The notes beneath the pieces are model-generated. The model had not been told where the DNA came from. It ran no database searches and saw nothing but the letters and a program-made list of their open reading frames with translations. Made by a program: the position numbers and the translations under genes. From Deltaproteobacteria bacterium (GTDB lineage Bacteria; Myxococcota_A; UBA9160; UBA4427), in NCBI GenBank assembly GCA_031390075.1, contig JANMTD010000458.1, positions 1 through 37,570 on the forward strand: DNA of 37,570 nt, given 5' to 3'. Shown piece by piece: positions 35,202 to 37,570 of the stretch (within the stretch, counting starts at the first letter, position 1; every line of letters starts with the position of its first letter).

Positions 35202-35361
35202 CCACGCTGGTGGGTTCTGGGGCACGGGGAGCCGGCCCTGCGAACAGTTCGTGTGCATCCCGGTCACAGGCTGGGGCGACGCGCCACAGGCGCCTCGAGT
35301 GCGGCTGCGGGGTGTTCTCGCGGAGCTTCCCACTGATCGCGAGCTGAAGCCCGACGGACGA

Positions 35362-35404
35362 CGACCCCGGTCGAGACCGACTGAGTCGGTCACGATCGGG
35401 GTCG
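35362..35404. terminator. Long imperfect hairpin downstream of the DEAD-box gene
   Basis: cgaccccggtcgagaccgac-tga-gtcggtcacgatcggggtcg. Confidence 0.45.
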
Positions 35405-35445
35405 ATCTGGATGGATGCGGGCTCGATCCGAGCCCTGCGACCGGA

Positions 35446-36795
35446 CTAACGGAAACCGGCCGGCGCGCTCGAGGAGCTGCTCCGTCCGCCACGCGATCCG
35501 CGTCGCGCCCCCGAGCGGGCGCCTCCGCCGGACTCGGATCGGCCACCCGAGCGGGCGCCGGAGCGAGACCGGTTTCGATCCCCGCCCCCACCGGACCGCG
35601 CCTGCGGACGATCACCGCTCGCGCGTTCGATCGAAGGCGCGTCGACGAGACCCGTGGCCTCGAGGCGCGGGATCTTCGAACCGAGCACGCGCTCGGTGTC
35701 CCGCACCCAGAGTCGGTCCTCGCCTGTCACGAACGTGACGGCCTTTCCCAGGGTTTCGGAGCGGCCGGTGCGGCCGATGCGGTGGGTGTAGGTGTCGGGG
35801 GTCGACGGCGGATCGAAATTGATCACGTAGTCGATGCCGGCGACGTCGAGCCCGCGGGCCGCGATGTCGGTCGCGACCAGCACGTCGAAGGTTCCCTTGC
35901 GGAAGCCCTGCATCGCCCGGTCGCGCTGGACCTGGGACATGTTGCCCTGGAGCGCCACGGCGCGAAGGCCCTTGGCCTCGAGCTGCAGCGCCATGCGCTT
36001 TGCACGGTGCTTGGTGCGCGTGAAGACGATCGCGGTCTTGCAATCCTCTTGATCGAGCACGCGCTCGAGCAGCGAGCGCTTCTGGTTCTCGCCGATCTCG
36101 TAGAGGAAATGCTCGATCGTCTCGGCGGGCTTGGCGTTCGCCAGCTCGACGACATGGGGATTGCGAAGCACCCGGTCGGCCAGGGTCCGAATCGCCTTCG
36201 GCATCGTCGCCGAGAAGAGCAGGTTCTGCCGATCACGCGGCAGGGCATCGATGATCCGCGTCACGTCCGGCAGAAAGCCCATGTCGAACATGTGGTCGGC
36301 CTCGTCGAGGACGAGCGTGTCGATGTCCGCGGTCGCGAGCGCTCGGCGCTGGATCAGGTCGAGGATCCGTCCAGGGCATCCAATCACGATTTCGGGTCGC
36401 CGCCGCAGGGCCTCGACCTGGCCCTGCGCCGAGACGCCGCCGAATACGGTCGTCGTCTTGATCCGCGTGTCGCGCGCGAGCATGCGGAACTCGGCGTCGA
36501 TCTGGACGGCGAGCTCGCGGGTCGGGGCGAGGATGAGGACGAGGGGACCCTTGCCGGGCTCCTCGATCAATCGCTGCAGGATCGGCAGCGCGAAGGCCGC
36601 CGTCTTGCCGGTGCCGGTCTGGGCGAGGCCCAGGACGTCTCGCCCCTCGAGACAGGCCGGAATGGTCTCGGCCTGGATCGGCCGGGGGGAGTCGAAGCCT
36701 GCGTCCGCGATGGCGCGCAGGAGGGTGGAATCGAGCTCGAAACGGGAAAAGCCGCTCGCAATCGGAGCGGTAGGTTGCGCAATGGCGCTAGACAA
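35446..36795 (-). CDS. DEAD-box RNA helicase (RhlE-like)
   Basis: Q motif, AQTGTGKT, PTRELA, DEAD, SAT, ARGLD, HRIGRTGR and an Arg/Gly/Ser tail. TTG 36795 is preceded by a GGAG SD. Confidence 0.96.
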   Translation of the reverse strand: MSSAIAQPTAPIASGFSRFELDSTLLRAIADAGFDSPRPIQAETIPACLEGRDVLGLAQTGTGKTAAFALPILQRLIEEPGKGPLVLILAPTRELAVQIDAEFRMLARDTRIKTTTVFGGVSAQGQVEALRRRPEIVIGCPGRILDLIQRRALATADIDTLVLDEADHMFDMGFLPDVTRIIDALPRDRQNLLFSATMPKAIRTLADRVLRNPHVVELANAKPAETIEHFLYEIGENQKRSLLERVLDQEDCKTAIVFTRTKHRAKRMALQLEAKGLRAVALQGNMSQVQRDRAMQGFRKGTFDVLVATDIAARGLDVAGIDYVINFDPPSTPDTYTHRIGRTGRSETLGKAVTFVTGEDRLWVRDTERVLGSKIPRLEATGLVDAPSIERASGDRPQARSGGGGDRNRSRSGARSGGRSESGGGARSGARRGSRGGRSSSSSAPAGFR

Positions 36796-37381
36796 ATGAG
36801 TTCTCCGCCGTGCCGGGGCGAAATTCGCCGAAAGCACGGCCATCGTTTTCTGACCCAGACAACAACATGGGAAAGAGAGGTAAAGAAGGGATTTTTGCGG
36901 CGCAGCCTCGATCGGGGGATGAAGTCCGAGGCGCTGTTGCTTGCCGCTGCTGACCCGCGTGCCACTCGTTTTTCCGGATCGATCCGGGCGAGGTCCAAAC
37001 GCTCAGCTTTGGGTATTCGCATCCACAGGACGCGGGCGGGTCATGGACCCGACGGACGTTGTGTAGCCCGTCTCTTCGGAGAATGCCACCGGAACTGGAG
37101 AAGCAATTCCAGGGCAGCGGGCTTTCGGGACGCTAGCCGAAGGGCAGCAGCAAGCGCCACGGCCTCGAGCACGTGATCGCGGCGGGCGCGACGGTGACCG
37201 CGGGACCCTTCTCGAGCAGCCTGCGCCTGCGGCACTTCGAAACGACGACATCCCGTACGACTACGCATCGCGGCTCGTCGAGACCGAGCCGGCCGAAGGT
37301 GTCCCCGACACCCATCGCCATCCCGCCGAACCGAGACAGCTGAGGGGGACGGTGCGCATCACTTTCTAGCGCGTCCGGAGA

Positions 37382-37570
37382 TCAGGACATCGACGGCGCC
37401 TCGAAAGCCCGCCGCATCGCCTCGATCACCTTCTGCTCCGCCCGGGCCATCGTCTTCGGCGAACCGAGGAATCCGTGGATCGCGCCGTCGAAGCGCTCGA
37501 GCTCGACGGGCACGCCGGCGGCTCGGAGCTTCTCTGCATAGAGCTCGCCCTCGTCGCGCAGGGGATCGAA
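37382..37570 (-). CDS. Alpha/beta hydrolase (HSL-family esterase), C-terminal fragment (runs off the right edge)
   Basis: Not in the ORF track. The minus strand reads [22 protein letters not shown]...GAIHGF, carrying the catalytic Asp and His motifs. Confidence 0.9.
   Translation of the reverse strand, partial: FDPLRDEGELYAEKLRAAGVPVELERFDGAIHGFLGSPKTMARAEQKVIEAMRRAFEAPSMS

Noticed and set aside
32423-35347. 974-aa + strand ORF, and other long antisense ORFs such as 7288-9138, 17824-19794, 30696-32459 and 35251-37176
   Set aside because: They are shadow ORFs opposite well-supported genes, as expected in high-GC DNA, and contain no recognisable motifs.
36850-37330. tRNA or small CDS upstream of the helicase
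   Set aside because: I found no cloverleaf or T-loop consensus, and the short ORFs show no recognisable protein motifs.

Overview
A high-GC (about 70%, estimated by eye) bacterial chromosomal segment with about 33 genes. It has no rRNA, tRNA, CRISPR array, transposase or integrase that I can recognise. A PEP-CTERM sorting signal plus lipoprotein and Tat signals point to a diderm host, possibly a Myxococcota/deltaproteobacteria-like lineage (inference). From left to right it contains: (1) a lipid/steroid-type catabolic block (three SDRs, a SnoaL-like protein, DUF1214, a fused ChsH2N-ChsH1-like MaoC hydratase, a QOR-type MDR, CMD, an acyl-CoA ligase); (2) TerC, a secreted MBL hydrolase, a Tat-exported TIM-barrel enzyme and gfa; (3) a DUF5666-DUF6502-DUF5666 module divergent from a frameshifted PEP-CTERM gene; (4) an amidohydrolase/ADC/TetR catabolic cluster; (5) an orphan histidine kinase, an EgtC-like amidotransferase and an EmrAB-type pump; (6) an internally deleted Fur/PerR-like gene before a Prx5 peroxiredoxin; (7) tandem ABC-F genes, OsmC, a BCAM0308-like gene, a DEAD-box helicase and a partial alpha/beta hydrolase. 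The most striking unexplained signal is a 169-170 nt non-coding element present three times (6730-6898 +, 30287-30455 +, 30532-30701 -), always between convergent genes. Each copy has a covarying 25-bp stem, conserved motifs and a fixed-length (65-66 nt) central segment whose sequence differs between copies. Family assignments come from motif recognition by eye, not database searches.
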